Shown in pieces: positions 32,979 to 43,141 of a stretch of 64,000 nt of DNA (within the stretch, counting starts at the first letter, position 1; the number at the start of each line of letters is the position of its first letter). This DNA comes from Bacteroidaceae bacterium (GTDB lineage: Bacteria; Bacteroidota; Bacteroidia; Bacteroidales; Bacteroidaceae). Below the pieces are notes generated by a model. The model searched no databases. It saw only the letters and a list, made by a program, of their open reading frames with translations, and was not told where the DNA came from. Position numbers and translations under genes: made by a program. The stretch lies in the NCBI GenBank assembly GCA_016286165.1, contig JAEESE010000006.1:78633-142632 (forward strand). The letters are read 5' to 3'.

Positions 32979-33938
32979 ATGAATATCGCAATCATTGGCA
33001 CAGGAAAGATTGTTCACGAGGCGCTGCCGGTGATCGTTGGGACCGAAGGCATCGTGGTGCGCAGCATCTGGTGCCGTGAGCATTCGTTGGCGAAGGCGGA
33101 GGCGTTGGCGGCGCAGTTCGGCATTCCGCAGGTTGCGACGGATTATGCAGCGGTATTGGCTGACCCACAGGTCGATACCGTATATGTTGCTCTCGTCAAC
33201 AGCGTTCATTACGCCTATGCCTTGCAGGCGTTGCAAGCAGGAAAAAACGTTATCCTTGAGAAGCCGGCGTGCATGAGTCATCGCGAGCTTGCCCGTCTGG
33301 CCGAGGAAGCGCGAGGCCGTGGGCTGATGCTCTTCGAGGCCGTCACGCTGTTGCACTTGCCCGCCTTCCATCTCCTTCAAACAGAGCTGCTGCCGCAGTT
33401 GGGCGCCATTCGCCATGTCGAGTGCAACTACAGCCAACGCTCCAGCCGTTATGATGCTTATTTGCGTGGTGAAGTGCTGCCCGCCTTCGACCCGTCGGTT
33501 GGTGGCGGTGCGCTCATGGACATCAATATCTACAATCTCCATTTCGTCATTGCCCTCTTCGGCAAGCCCGATTCAGCTCGTTACTATTGCCGTCGCGGCT
33601 TCAATGGCGTAGATTTGTCGGGGACGGTGGTGATGAACGCGCCGCTCAGCCTCTGTACTGGCGCTAAGGATACCGATGCGCCGAGCTTTGGACTGCTGCA
33701 GGGCGACAACGGATGGTTGCGCATCGAGGGACCTGTCAGCACGATGGCGGCCATGACCATTTGTCTTCGTGGTCAGCAGCCGCGACAAATTCCCCTTGCG
33801 CCCGTCAGCCATCGCCTGGCCCCCGAGTTCGCGGCCTTCGCTGATATCCTCCGTCGGCAGGACTTCGCCACGATGAACAGCCTGCTCGACCATTCCCTCG
33901 CCGTCATGAAGGTGGTGGATGAGATCGTGTCAGATTAA
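32979..33938 (+). CDS. Gfo/Idh/MocA family oxidoreductase
   Basis: N-terminal Rossmann motif MNIAIIGTGKIVHEA plus EKPACMSHRELARL, which is typical of the family. Confidence 0.85.
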   Translation: MNIAIIGTGKIVHEALPVIVGTEGIVVRSIWCREHSLAKAEALAAQFGIPQVATDYAAVLADPQVDTVYVALVNSVHYAYALQALQAGKNVILEKPACMSHRELARLAEEARGRGLMLFEAVTLLHLPAFHLLQTELLPQLGAIRHVECNYSQRSSRYDAYLRGEVLPAFDPSVGGGALMDINIYNLHFVIALFGKPDSARYYCRRGFNGVDLSGTVVMNAPLSLCTGAKDTDAPSFGLLQGDNGWLRIEGPVSTMAAMTICLRGQQPRQIPLAPVSHRLAPEFAAFADILRRQDFATMNSLLDHSLAVMKVVDEIVSD

Positions 33939-33954
33939 ATAAATTGTATTACCT

Positions 33955-35301
33955 ATGATAAACAAATGTTTAAATCGTTCGTTGAGCTTAATGATGCTCG
34001 CGGCCTTTTCCTTCATAACGCTCCCTGCCAAGGCTCAAGTCACGGAGCGTCAACGTCCCGCCGAATGGGCAAGTCTCGTGCCGGGTGCTCGTTTCATGGA
34101 CCGCTTTCGTCCCATGCAGGGCAATGACCTGCGCAGCGATGTCTGGGGCGCTCATTATGTGAAACCCCGCTTGGTGGACAACGGCATCGAGGATGCTTTC
34201 TGGAGCTACTGGGGTGGCAACATCGTCAAGGGCGACGACGGGCGCTGGCATCTGTTCGTGGCAGCCTGGCTGGAAGCCTCGGAGAAAGGACACATGGAGT
34301 GGGGCAACTCATGGGTGGTCCATGCCACGGCTCCCACTTCGCACGGTCCATTCCGTCCGCAGCAGATTGTAGGCCGGGGCCATAATCCCGAGATTTATCT
34401 TACCGACGACGGCACTTGGGTGCTCTATGTTATCGACGCCCGCTACACCTCGCGCAGCCTCAATGGCCCATGGGAAAAAGGTAAGTTTGAGTTTGACCCT
34501 CAGGGCAAGCCCATCATCGAGGGCCTGTCGAACCTCTCGTTTGCGCGTCGTCCCGAAGGCGGATGGCTGATGGTGTGCCGTGGTGGTGGCATCTGGACGA
34601 GCGACGACGGTCTGTCCACATGGCGTCAGGTTTCCGACGGCTCAGTGTACCCTAAGGTTGACGGACGCTTCGAGGACCCCGTGCTGTGGCGCGACTCGGT
34701 GCAGTACAACCTCATCGTGAACGACTGGCTCGGGCGCATCGCCTACTACCTGCGTTCAGCCGATGGCATCCATTGGCAGGTGGACGACGGCGAGGCTTAT
34801 ATGCCTGGTATCGCACGTCATGCTGACGGCAGTCGCGAGGAATGGTTCAAGTACGAACGCATGCGCATCCTTCAGGATGAGCACGGGCGTGCCGTTCAAG
34901 CTAACTTCGCCGTCATCGATACCATCAAGTGGGACGATAAACCGCTCGACCGTCACAGCTCAAAGAACATCTGCATACCTCTCGACCCAGGTCTGTTGCT
35001 CACTATTCCATCCACGGTGAAGGCCAAGGCCGGCAAACTCACCTTGCGCATCCGTGCGGAGGAAGGCTTCGAGCCCCAGCGCGACCTCGACCTGAGCAGT
35101 TTGAGATGCGGCTCGCCTCACGAAGTGGACTATGGCCGAGGCGCTGCTCCCACGTCCTCACGTGTGGATGGTCGAGACCTTGTGCTCACTTTCCGTATGC
35201 GCGACCTGAAGCTCGCTCCCGACGACTTTGCCGCCAAGGTCATCGTGTCCCGTCGCAATGGTTCCGTCACCTTCGGCTTTGCCCGTCTGCCGTGGTTCTG
35301 A
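33955..35301 (+). CDS. Secreted beta-propeller-like putative glycoside hydrolase (family not assignable by eye)
   Basis: 448 aa with a signal peptide. It has repeated W/DG-containing blade-like segments (GDDGRWHLFV, TDDGTWVLYV, SDDGLSTWRQV, SADGIHWQV) and lies in the pectin-degradation cluster. Confidence 0.45.
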   Translation: MINKCLNRSLSLMMLAAFSFITLPAKAQVTERQRPAEWASLVPGARFMDRFRPMQGNDLRSDVWGAHYVKPRLVDNGIEDAFWSYWGGNIVKGDDGRWHLFVAAWLEASEKGHMEWGNSWVVHATAPTSHGPFRPQQIVGRGHNPEIYLTDDGTWVLYVIDARYTSRSLNGPWEKGKFEFDPQGKPIIEGLSNLSFARRPEGGWLMVCRGGGIWTSDDGLSTWRQVSDGSVYPKVDGRFEDPVLWRDSVQYNLIVNDWLGRIAYYLRSADGIHWQVDDGEAYMPGIARHADGSREEWFKYERMRILQDEHGRAVQANFAVIDTIKWDDKPLDRHSSKNICIPLDPGLLLTIPSTVKAKAGKLTLRIRAEEGFEPQRDLDLSSLRCGSPHEVDYGRGAAPTSSRVDGRDLVLTFRMRDLKLAPDDFAAKVIVSRRNGSVTFGFARLPWF

Positions 35302-35347
35302 ACCGTTTGAGTGGCCCCCGAAGAAGTTAATCCTTTATTCTTAAAAA

Positions 35348-38300
35348 ATGAATCTCCGCCTCCCTTACTTTGTCCTCATCCTTCTGCTGACGTTGCCGCT
35401 CCCGAGTCGTGCTTGGGACGATGGCCTGTACGCAGAGATAGAGCGGAGCATCACGCCGCCGCGCTTGTCCGAAAGCACGTTCGATATTACCCGTTATGGC
35501 GCCCGACCCGAAGCTTCGGCGGCGCAGAACCAGCGTGCTATCCAGCGTGCCATCGACGTGTGTTCGCAGAAGGGCGGCGGAAGGGTAGTGGTGCCCTCCG
35601 GCAAGCGTTTCCTGACAGGTGCCCTCACGCTGAAAAGCGGCGTAAACCTGGTGGTGGAGGACAGCGCACGGCTGGAGTTCGCCTTCGAGCCTGCGCTCTA
35701 TCCTATCGTCCGCACGAGTTGGGAGGGGCTGGAGTGTTATAACCTGCAGCCCTGCATCTACGCCTATGAAGCTCATGACGTCGCTATCACAGGGCGTGGC
35801 ACCATCGATGGCGGCGGCACGCGCGAGACGTGGTGGGCGTGGTGCGGCAATCCTAAGTTCGGCTGGCATGAGGGTCTGCCCAGCCAGCGCTTGGGCGGGC
35901 GCGACCGCTTGTTGCGCAACGGTGAGGATGGCGTGCCGATGAATGATGATAAGGGCCAACGGCAGGCGGAGCGTGTGTTCACGGCAGCCGACGGTATGCG
36001 TCCTCAACTCGTGAACTTCGTCCGTTGTCAGCGCGTGCTCTTGGAAGACGTCACGTTGCTGCGGTCGCCCTTCTGGGTGGTGCATCCCCTGATGTCCACC
36101 GATGTCACACTCAGACGCTTGCGCATCATGAACGACGGCCCTAACGGCGACGGCTGCGACCCTGAGTCGTGCGACCGAGTGCTCATCGAGGATTGCTATT
36201 TCAGTACCGGCGACGACTGCATCGCCATCAAGAGTGGCCGCAATAATGACGGCCGCCTGCGTGCCATGCCGTCGCAGAACATCATCGTCCGTCGCTGCGA
36301 GATGCGGAACGGGCACGGCGGCGTGGTCATCGGATCGGAGATCAGCGGCGGCTGCAAGAATGTGTTTGCCCACGACTGCGTTATGGACTCGCCCAATCTG
36401 GACCGCGTGCTGCGCATCAAGACCAATACGTGTCGGGGCGGGGTGGTGGAGAACATCAACATGAAGGACATACGCGTAGGCCAATGCCGCGAGGCGGTGG
36501 TGAAGATCAACCTCGACTACGAGCCGCGCGAGCAATGCTGCCGGGGCTTCCTGCCTATGGTGAGGAATGTCAACGTGGAGCGTGTCACCTGCCAGCAGTC
36601 GCGCTACGGCGTGATGATTGTGGGGCTGGACACGGCGACGTGTGTCAGCGATATCCACCTCCGCGACTGCCGCTTCGAAGGCGTGGCTGAGGGCAACAAC
36701 ATAAAAGGTAAGACGCGCGGCGTAAGCTTCGAGAACCTCTTCATCAACGGCAACTTAGTGCTGTACGAGCTGCCCTACGGCGGCCGCTATTCCGAGTGGA
36801 TGGTGCGTTCAGAGATGCAACGCACGCCGCGGTCCTACCTGCTCGACTTCTCCAAAAAACCCAAATGGAGCTATGTGATGGGCATCGAGTTGGAGGCCAT
36901 GCTGGACACCTATCTTCGCTACGGCGGCGAGGACATCCTTCGCTACTGCCGCGAGTACACGGATACGATGATCAGCGAGCAAGGCGCAATCCGCACCTAT
37001 AAGCTGGAGGACTATAATCTCGACCAAATCCGTACCGGGCATTTCGTGGCTCGCATGTATCAGCTCTATCCCGAGCGCAAGAACCTGCTGGCTCTGCATA
37101 CGCTCATGAAACAGTTGCGCAAGCAGCCGCGCACCACGCAGGACAAGGTGTTCTGGCACAAGGCCATCTATGCCTATCAGGTGTGGCTCGACGGCATCTT
37201 CATGGGCCTGCCCTTCTACGCGATGACCGCCCGCGACCTGCTGAAACCCAAGCAGGCGCTTAAGATTTACGACGATGCCGTGGATCAGATCAACGCCACC
37301 TACCGCCGCACCTTTGATCCGCAGGCAGGCTTGAACCGTCATGCCTGGGACGAGACGGCGGAGATGTTCTGGGCAGACAAGCAGACTGGACAGACGCAGC
37401 ATTGCTGGGGACGGGCACAGGGGTGGTTCACGATGGCGTTGGTGGAGCTGTTGGACGCGCTGCCCGAGGACTACTCTCGGCGTGCGGAAGTCATTGATCT
37501 GCTGCGGCGTGATCTCGATGCCGTCATCCGTTGGCAGGACAGCGCGAGCGGACTTTGGTATCAGGTGATGGATGCGCCCGACCGTCAGGGCAACTACCTC
37601 GAATCCACCTGCTCGTCGATGTTTGCCTACGCGCTGCTGAAGGCCTTCAACCAAGGTTATGTGGGCGAGAAATACCGCGATGCAGGCCTGAAAGCCTACG
37701 AAGGCATCATCAAGCATTTCATCCGCGTGAATGCCGACAGGACGATCTCCCTGACCCGTTGCTGCGAAGTGTCGGGCTTGGGGCCAGGCGTGAGCGACAA
37801 AGTGTTGAAAGCAGCCCCTCATGTGAAGGAAAACCGCCGCCGCGACGGCTCGTTCGAATACTACGTCAGCGAACCCATTCGTGACAATGATGCCAAGGGC
37901 ATTGGCCCCTTCATCTGGGCTTCGCTGGAAGCCGAGAAGCTGGGATTCAACGCCGACAAGGCGACGGCGATAGACCGTCATGCTGTTGTCAGTCGCAACA
38001 GCCCCGTAGTCATGGCAGCCGACAAACTCGTCTCTCTCACTGTCGGCAACGGCCATTTTGCGACCACGGTTGATGTGACGGGCCTGCAGAGCTACCCTTT
38101 CGAGTATGCCTCTGGCGTGCCCCTGACTGCCATGTCCGACTGGGGATGGCATTCGTTCGAGAACGTGCATCACCTGACAGCCTCCGAGAGCCACAAAGCC
38201 TATGACTTCGGCCATGGCCATCAGGAAGTGTATGCTGTGGAGTATAAGAAAGACGAGGACGGGCGCCACAAGGAAGCCACAGCATACTTCCGCGTGAATC

Positions 38301-40117
38301 CCCACCGCCTGAATCTCGGCACGATTGGACTTAACCTTCGCGACCGGCAAGGGCAGCCCGTCTCATGGCAGTCGCTTCAAGCCATACGTCAAGAACAGAA
38401 ACTCTGGGACGGACTGATTGAATCCGCTTTCACGGCCGATGGCGAGAGGGTAGAGGTGACCACGGGTGTTCACCCGACGAAGGACGCTCTTTTCGCAAGG
38501 ATCAAGAGCCGATTGCTGAAGGACCAAAGAGCATTGCTCGCGCTGCGGTTCTCTTATCCTACAGGGCGACATGCCGATGATGCCAACGACTGGAGTCAGC
38601 CCGAGCGCCATCAGTCGGAGATCATCGCAAGGAACGACCGTTGGGCTCTGATCCGCCGGACGCTCGATGAGACCATCTACTACGTTCTTCTTCAATGGGA
38701 AGGAAACGCCACCCTGCGCGAAAGCGGACTTCACACGTTCGAACTTACGACGACCGACGAAGTCCTCGCTTTCGCTGTCGAATACCTGCAGCAGGCACCC
38801 GCCACTGAGCCCACGGTTTTTGCCTTCGACCCATACCATGAGGCCACACGGCGACATTGGAACGGCTGGTGGCAGGCGGGTGCTATCGTGGATTTCTCCC
38901 GATGTACAGACGTGCGTGCCAAGGAGTTAGAGCGCAGGGTGGTGCTCTCGCAGTATCTCACCCAAATCAACTGCGCCAACAACCTGCCACCCCAAGAGAG
39001 TGGACTGACCTACAACACATGGTTTGGGCGTCCACATCTGGAGATGGCGTGGTGGCACGCGACCGATTTCGCGCTTTGGAATCGTCCTGAGACAGTAGCG
39101 CAGATGCTGCGATGGTACAACGAGACCGCCTATCCCGTGGCCCGTCAGATTGCTGAGCGTCAAGGCTTCAAGGGCGCCCGATGGATGAAGATGACCGATC
39201 CCTGGGCAGGCGAAGCGCCGTCCAACACCGGCTCCTTCCTGATTTGGCAACAGCCTCATTACATCTATCTGGCCGAAGAGATGTATCGTGCGCTGCCTAC
39301 TGCCGAAACCTTGAAAACCTACGGCGAGCAGGTGGAGGCGACAGCAGCCTTCATGGCTGACTTCGTGTCGTTTGATGAACAGACGAAGCGTTATCATTTG
39401 AAGGGCGCCACCTCCATGCAGGAGTCCATAACCAAGGACATCGCCTGCGACCAGCCTTTCGAACTCGCCTATTGGCAGTATGGTCTGTCGGTGGCACAAC
39501 GCTGGCGCCAGCGGCAGGGCAAGCCGCGTGTGGCACGATGGGATGACATCATCAACCGCCTCTCACCCCTGCCGGAGGACAACGGTATTTATACAGCCGG
39601 CCTGCCCCTTGGCGACTTCGGCCCGTCGGCAGCCTTTGACCCTTTCGACAGCCCCTCCAAGAAGATGGAGACGTTCAATGACAAGTGCCGCAACGACCAT
39701 CCTGCAGTACTTGGTGCTTGCGGCCTGTTGCCCAGCGAGCGCGTGCCTTACACCTTATTATATAATAAGGACAGGATGCGGGCGACGCTCCATTGGGTGA
39801 TGCAGCATTGGAACTGGCCTACCACCTGGGGCTGGGACTACGGCATGATAGCCATGGCGGCTGCTCGCCTCGGAGAGCCTGATACAGCCCTCAAGGCCTT
39901 GCTGCTCGACACCCCGAAGAACACTTTCCTGTCCAATGGCCATAATTTCCAGACGTCCGACCGCCTGCGCGTCTATCTGCCAGGCAACGGAGCCCTGCTC
40001 ACGGCCGTTGCCATGATGTGTGCGGGATGGGACGGTTGTCAGGAATCACCCAACCCTGGCTTCCCTAAAGACGGCACGTGGGACGTGCGATGGGAGGGTC
40101 TCAAAAAGATGCAATAG
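35348..40117 (+). CDS. Three-module pectin/rhamnogalacturonan enzyme: GH28 + GH105 + uncharacterised C-terminal roughly 800-aa glycosidase-like module
   Basis: GH28 motifs: NGDGCDPES, TGDDCIAIKSG, GHGGVVIGSE, RIKT. GH105/YteR-like motifs: YNLDQIRTGH, WLDGIFMGLPFY, CWGRAQGWFTMALVELLD. The remainder (from about aa 860) is helical-repeat-like with no family recognised. Confidence 0.8.
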   Translation: MNLRLPYFVLILLLTLPLPSRAWDDGLYAEIERSITPPRLSESTFDITRYGARPEASAAQNQRAIQRAIDVCSQKGGGRVVVPSGKRFLTGALTLKSGVNLVVEDSARLEFAFEPALYPIVRTSWEGLECYNLQPCIYAYEAHDVAITGRGTIDGGGTRETWWAWCGNPKFGWHEGLPSQRLGGRDRLLRNGEDGVPMNDDKGQRQAERVFTAADGMRPQLVNFVRCQRVLLEDVTLLRSPFWVVHPLMSTDVTLRRLRIMNDGPNGDGCDPESCDRVLIEDCYFSTGDDCIAIKSGRNNDGRLRAMPSQNIIVRRCEMRNGHGGVVIGSEISGGCKNVFAHDCVMDSPNLDRVLRIKTNTCRGGVVENINMKDIRVGQCREAVVKINLDYEPREQCCRGFLPMVRNVNVERVTCQQSRYGVMIVGLDTATCVSDIHLRDCRFEGVAEGNNIKGKTRGVSFENLFINGNLVLYELPYGGRYSEWMVRSEMQRTPRSYLLDFSKKPKWSYVMGIELEAMLDTYLRYGGEDILRYCREYTDTMISEQGAIRTYKLEDYNLDQIRTGHFVARMYQLYPERKNLLALHTLMKQLRKQPRTTQDKVFWHKAIYAYQVWLDGIFMGLPFYAMTARDLLKPKQALKIYDDAVDQINATYRRTFDPQAGLNRHAWDETAEMFWADKQTGQTQHCWGRAQGWFTMALVELLDALPEDYSRRAEVIDLLRRDLDAVIRWQDSASGLWYQVMDAPDRQGNYLESTCSSMFAYALLKAFNQGYVGEKYRDAGLKAYEGIIKHFIRVNADRTISLTRCCEVSGLGPGVSDKVLKAAPHVKENRRRDGSFEYYVSEPIRDNDAKGIGPFIWASLEAEKLGFNADKATAIDRHAVVSRNSPVVMAADKLVSLTVGNGHFATTVDVTGLQSYPFEYASGVPLTAMSDWGWHSFENVHHLTASESHKAYDFGHGHQEVYAVEYKKDEDGRHKEATAYFRVNPHRLNLGTIGLNLRDRQGQPVSWQSLQAIRQEQKLWDGLIESAFTADGERVEVTTGVHPTKDALFARIKSRLLKDQRALLALRFSYPTGRHADDANDWSQPERHQSEIIARNDRWALIRRTLDETIYYVLLQWEGNATLRESGLHTFELTTTDEVLAFAVEYLQQAPATEPTVFAFDPYHEATRRHWNGWWQAGAIVDFSRCTDVRAKELERRVVLSQYLTQINCANNLPPQESGLTYNTWFGRPHLEMAWWHATDFALWNRPETVAQMLRWYNETAYPVARQIAERQGFKGARWMKMTDPWAGEAPSNTGSFLIWQQPHYIYLAEEMYRALPTAETLKTYGEQVEATAAFMADFVSFDEQTKRYHLKGATSMQESITKDIACDQPFELAYWQYGLSVAQRWRQRQGKPRVARWDDIINRLSPLPEDNGIYTAGLPLGDFGPSAAFDPFDSPSKKMETFNDKCRNDHPAVLGACGLLPSERVPYTLLYNKDRMRATLHWVMQHWNWPTTWGWDYGMIAMAAARLGEPDTALKALLLDTPKNTFLSNGHNFQTSDRLRVYLPGNGALLTAVAMMCAGWDGCQESPNPGFPKDGTWDVRWEGLKKMQ

Positions 40118-40120
40118 CCT

Positions 40121-42226
40121 ATGAACTATAAGAATATCCTCATTCTGCTGGCCGTCGCTTGCCTCTTAGCCATACCCTTGCAGATGGCTGCCCAAGGCGC
40201 GGCCCGTGATCCGTTGCGCGCTACTTCATCGGCTTTCTTCCAAACCGACGAGGCACGGCGCATCGGTGACCAGATGCTACTCTACCAAAGAGCAACGGGA
40301 GGCTGGCCCAAGAACGTCGATATGCAACGGCCGCTCACGCCCGACGAGCGTGCACAGGTCGAACGCGACAAGCAGCGGCGCGACGACTCGACCATCGACA
40401 ACGGCGCCACGACCACGCAGACGGCCTTCCTGGCTCGGCTCTATCAGCAGACCGGCGACAATCGCTACCGTGAAGCCGTACGAAGGGCTGTTGACTACCT
40501 GCTCGCCGGGCAGTACGACAACGGCGGTTGGCCGCAGTTCTGGCCTGAGATGCGCGGCTATCAGGTGCACATCACCTACAACGACGATGCCATGGTCAAC
40601 ACGCTACGCCTCTTGCACGACATCAGGGACCGGCGTGAGCCTTATCAGGGACGCCTCATCGACAAGGCCATGCGCCGACGTGTGGCTGCAGCCTTCGACC
40701 GAGGCATCGAATGCATCCTGAACACACAGATAGTCCACGACGGGCAGCCCACCATCTGGTGCCAGCAGCACGACCGCACGACGTTGCAGCCTACGGGAGC
40801 CCGTGCCTACGAGTTGCCGTCCTATTGTCCCGAGGAGAGTGCTGCTATCGTCGAGCTGCTCATGGCGTTGGAACACCCCTCCGAGCGCGTCAAGAAGGCT
40901 GTGACGGCCGCCATGCGCTGGTTCGACGACCACAAGCTGACGGGCTACCGCGTGGAGCGCGCCTCTGAGCCAGGTTCACCACAGCCCGGCACACGTCTTG
41001 TGCGAGATGTTCAGGCTGCTCCACTTTGGGCGCGCTTCTACGACCTCACCCACGCCGAACCTTTCGTCTGCGACCGCGACGGCATACCCCGCCGTCACCT
41101 CGAACAGATTGGCAGCGAGCGCCGCAACGGCTATGCGTGGTACGGTAACCGCCCTGCACGCCTCTATGCCCTCTACGAACAATGGGCTGACAAGCATCAC
41201 GTCGGCGACCGAGCCGATATCAGCCTCCGAACCCCTGGCGGCAACGAGGCGGGACGCATCGAATGGTTTCGCCGTCCCGCGAAGCACGAGGCGGACTTCG
41301 ACGTCGTTGTGCAGCCAGGCGACAGCATACAACTGGCCATCGAGCAAGCGCCTTTAAAGCCTACGGAACCCTTCAAGATACTCATCCGCAAAGGCGAGTA
41401 TCATCAGAAAGTCATCATCGACCGACCGAATATCGTGCTAGTAGGCGAAGACCGCGACAGCACCATCCTCATCTTGGCTGAGGCCCGTGAGAAGATGATG
41501 GGCACCACCTACCACGGCAAGCCTGTGGGCAACGGCGTCATCATGCTGCAGGAAGGTGCCGACGACTGCATCATCAGCGGGCTGACCGTTTATAACAACT
41601 TCGGCACGGCCGTGGAGCCCGGCAACACCACCCATCAGATGGCCATCTACGGACGCGCCGACCGTACCATCGTCATCAACTGCAACGTATGGGCCGACGG
41701 CAACGACGCCCTGTCGCTGTGGCCTCCGGGCGGCGGCTTCTCCTACCACGCCGACCTCTTCCTGCGCTGCCCGGGCATCGACTTCCTATGTCCTCGCGGC
41801 TGGTGCTTCGCCACGCGTTGTCATTTCCTCGGTGACCGCCGCGCTATCATCTGGCACGACGGCAGTAACGATAAGGACAAGAAGCTGGTCATCACGGATT
41901 CCTACTTCGATGCCCTTTCGCCCACGCCGCTCGGCCGTTACCACCACGATGCCCAGTTCGTGCTCGTCAACTGCCGCATGTCCTCGCAGATCATCGACCG
42001 CAACATCGAGTATGCCTATATCAAGAAGCAACCCGACCCGTGGGGCCTGCGCGCGTATTACTACAATTGTACCCGCGAGGGAGGAGATAGTGGTTGGTTA
42101 AAGAATAACTTTAACCAAATGGACAAAACGCCTGAGCCCCACGAAATTACTGCACGTTGGACATTCCATGATCAATGGGATCCCGAAGCTTGTATCCGCG
42201 ACCTCTGGCACGTGCTGGCTTATTGA
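40121..42226 (+). CDS. Fusion protein: PL10 (PelA/Pel-15E-type) pectate lyase + CE8 pectin methylesterase
   Basis: PL10-like: YQRATGGWPKNVDM, TIDNGATTTQTAFLARLY. CE8-like: IRKGEYHQKVII, HQMAIYGRADRTIVINCNVWADGNDAL, IDFLCPRG. Confidence 0.7.
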   Translation: MNYKNILILLAVACLLAIPLQMAAQGAARDPLRATSSAFFQTDEARRIGDQMLLYQRATGGWPKNVDMQRPLTPDERAQVERDKQRRDDSTIDNGATTTQTAFLARLYQQTGDNRYREAVRRAVDYLLAGQYDNGGWPQFWPEMRGYQVHITYNDDAMVNTLRLLHDIRDRREPYQGRLIDKAMRRRVAAAFDRGIECILNTQIVHDGQPTIWCQQHDRTTLQPTGARAYELPSYCPEESAAIVELLMALEHPSERVKKAVTAAMRWFDDHKLTGYRVERASEPGSPQPGTRLVRDVQAAPLWARFYDLTHAEPFVCDRDGIPRRHLEQIGSERRNGYAWYGNRPARLYALYEQWADKHHVGDRADISLRTPGGNEAGRIEWFRRPAKHEADFDVVVQPGDSIQLAIEQAPLKPTEPFKILIRKGEYHQKVIIDRPNIVLVGEDRDSTILILAEAREKMMGTTYHGKPVGNGVIMLQEGADDCIISGLTVYNNFGTAVEPGNTTHQMAIYGRADRTIVINCNVWADGNDALSLWPPGGGFSYHADLFLRCPGIDFLCPRGWCFATRCHFLGDRRAIIWHDGSNDKDKKLVITDSYFDALSPTPLGRYHHDAQFVLVNCRMSSQIIDRNIEYAYIKKQPDPWGLRAYYYNCTREGGDSGWLKNNFNQMDKTPEPHEITARWTFHDQWDPEACIRDLWHVLAY

Positions 42227-42573
42227 ATTTATATGAAGGTGACGATATCGTATTGCTATCTAAAGAATATGAAGAGTAAGCATGATAAAATAAGGAAATA
42301 ACTGCAAAGCTGCCACCAATCATGGTATTCGAGCTTAAAATCCGAATGCTATATTGGTGGTAGCAATTGTTATATCAGTCTGTAAAAGTGTAGGTCTTAG
42401 TTCTTTTTATTGTGCATCATGCCGAAGGCAAAAGTGCTCTTATTCATACCTTTATTCCTTGTTTTATGCGCAAAGATAATGAAAAGTCAGTGTTTTGAGG
42501 CTTAAAGCCTGAATATTTTCCACTTGCATACGAAATTATTAATTATCAATAACCTGAATTCTCAATTTATTCA

Positions 42574-42581
42574 TATCTTTG
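42574..42581 (+). promoter_or_regulatory. -7 box TATCTTTG upstream of queF
   Basis: Exact TAnnTTTG match 27 nt upstream of the ATG at 42608. This supports the shorter start. Confidence 0.55.
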
Positions 42582-42607
42582 CAACGGATTTCAAACGAAA
42601 AGGAATT

Positions 42608-43069
42608 ATGCAAGAAAGAGAACAAGAAGGGCTGTCGGCCCTTGGACGTAAGACTGAGTATAAGAGCGATTATGCCCCCGAGGTGCTCGAGACATTTGTG
42701 AACAAGCACCCCGACAACGACTACTGGGTGCGCTTCAACTGCCCGGAATTCACCAGCCTTTGCCCCATCACGGGCCAGCCTGATTTCGCTGAGATACGCA
42801 TTAACTATCTGCCGGGCGAGCGGATGGTGGAGTCTAAGAGTCTGAAGCTTTACCTCTTCAGCTTCCGCAATCATGGTGATTTTCACGAGGACTGCGTGAA
42901 CAAGATAATGAAGGATCTTATTAAGTTGATGGATCCAAAGTATATAGAGGTTATAGGTCTGTTTACACCCCGAGGCGGCATCAGTATCTACCCATACGCC
43001 AACTATGGCCGGCCAGGCACTAAGTATGAGGAGATGGCGCAGTACAGATTGCTGCATCACGATTTGTGA
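42608..43069 (+). CDS. queF: NADPH-dependent 7-cyano-7-deazaguanine (preQ0) reductase
   Basis: [27 protein letters not shown]...[20 protein letters not shown] matches the type I QueF signature. Confidence 0.9.
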   Translation: MQEREQEGLSALGRKTEYKSDYAPEVLETFVNKHPDNDYWVRFNCPEFTSLCPITGQPDFAEIRINYLPGERMVESKSLKLYLFSFRNHGDFHEDCVNKIMKDLIKLMDPKYIEVIGLFTPRGGISIYPYANYGRPGTKYEEMAQYRLLHHDL

Positions 43070-43141
43070 TGAGCTAGTTTATTACCAATTCCTATATGTA
43101 TAGGCCAGTAAGACTTCCGTGTAATACGTAATTTTTCAATT

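Noticed and set aside
32870-33001. Upstream extension of the RelA/SpoT-like lipoprotein ORF (start at 33001).
   Set aside because: The extension runs through the promoter and start of the divergent oxidoreductase gene. The internal Met at 32869 gives a canonical lipoprotein signal.
35327-38350. Long minus-strand ORFs (443 aa at 35327-36658 and 513 aa at 36809-38350) antisense to the 1589-aa gene.
   Set aside because: They are Ala/Arg/His-rich low-complexity translations lying entirely inside a plus-strand ORF that has clear GH28/GH105 motifs. These are typical shadow ORFs in GC-rich coding sequence. The same applies to most other antisense ORFs in the track, for example 15620-16126, 17261-17917, 20952-21473 and 49998-50825.
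42524-42607. The longer queF start at 42524.
   Set aside because: The extension contains the TATCTTTG -7 box itself (42574-42581). QueF homology begins after the Met at 42608.
42230-42607. A preQ1 riboswitch upstream of queF.
   Set aside because: I found no small hairpin followed by the A-rich tail characteristic of preQ1-I/II between the promoter box and the ATG. The leader is only about 20 nt.
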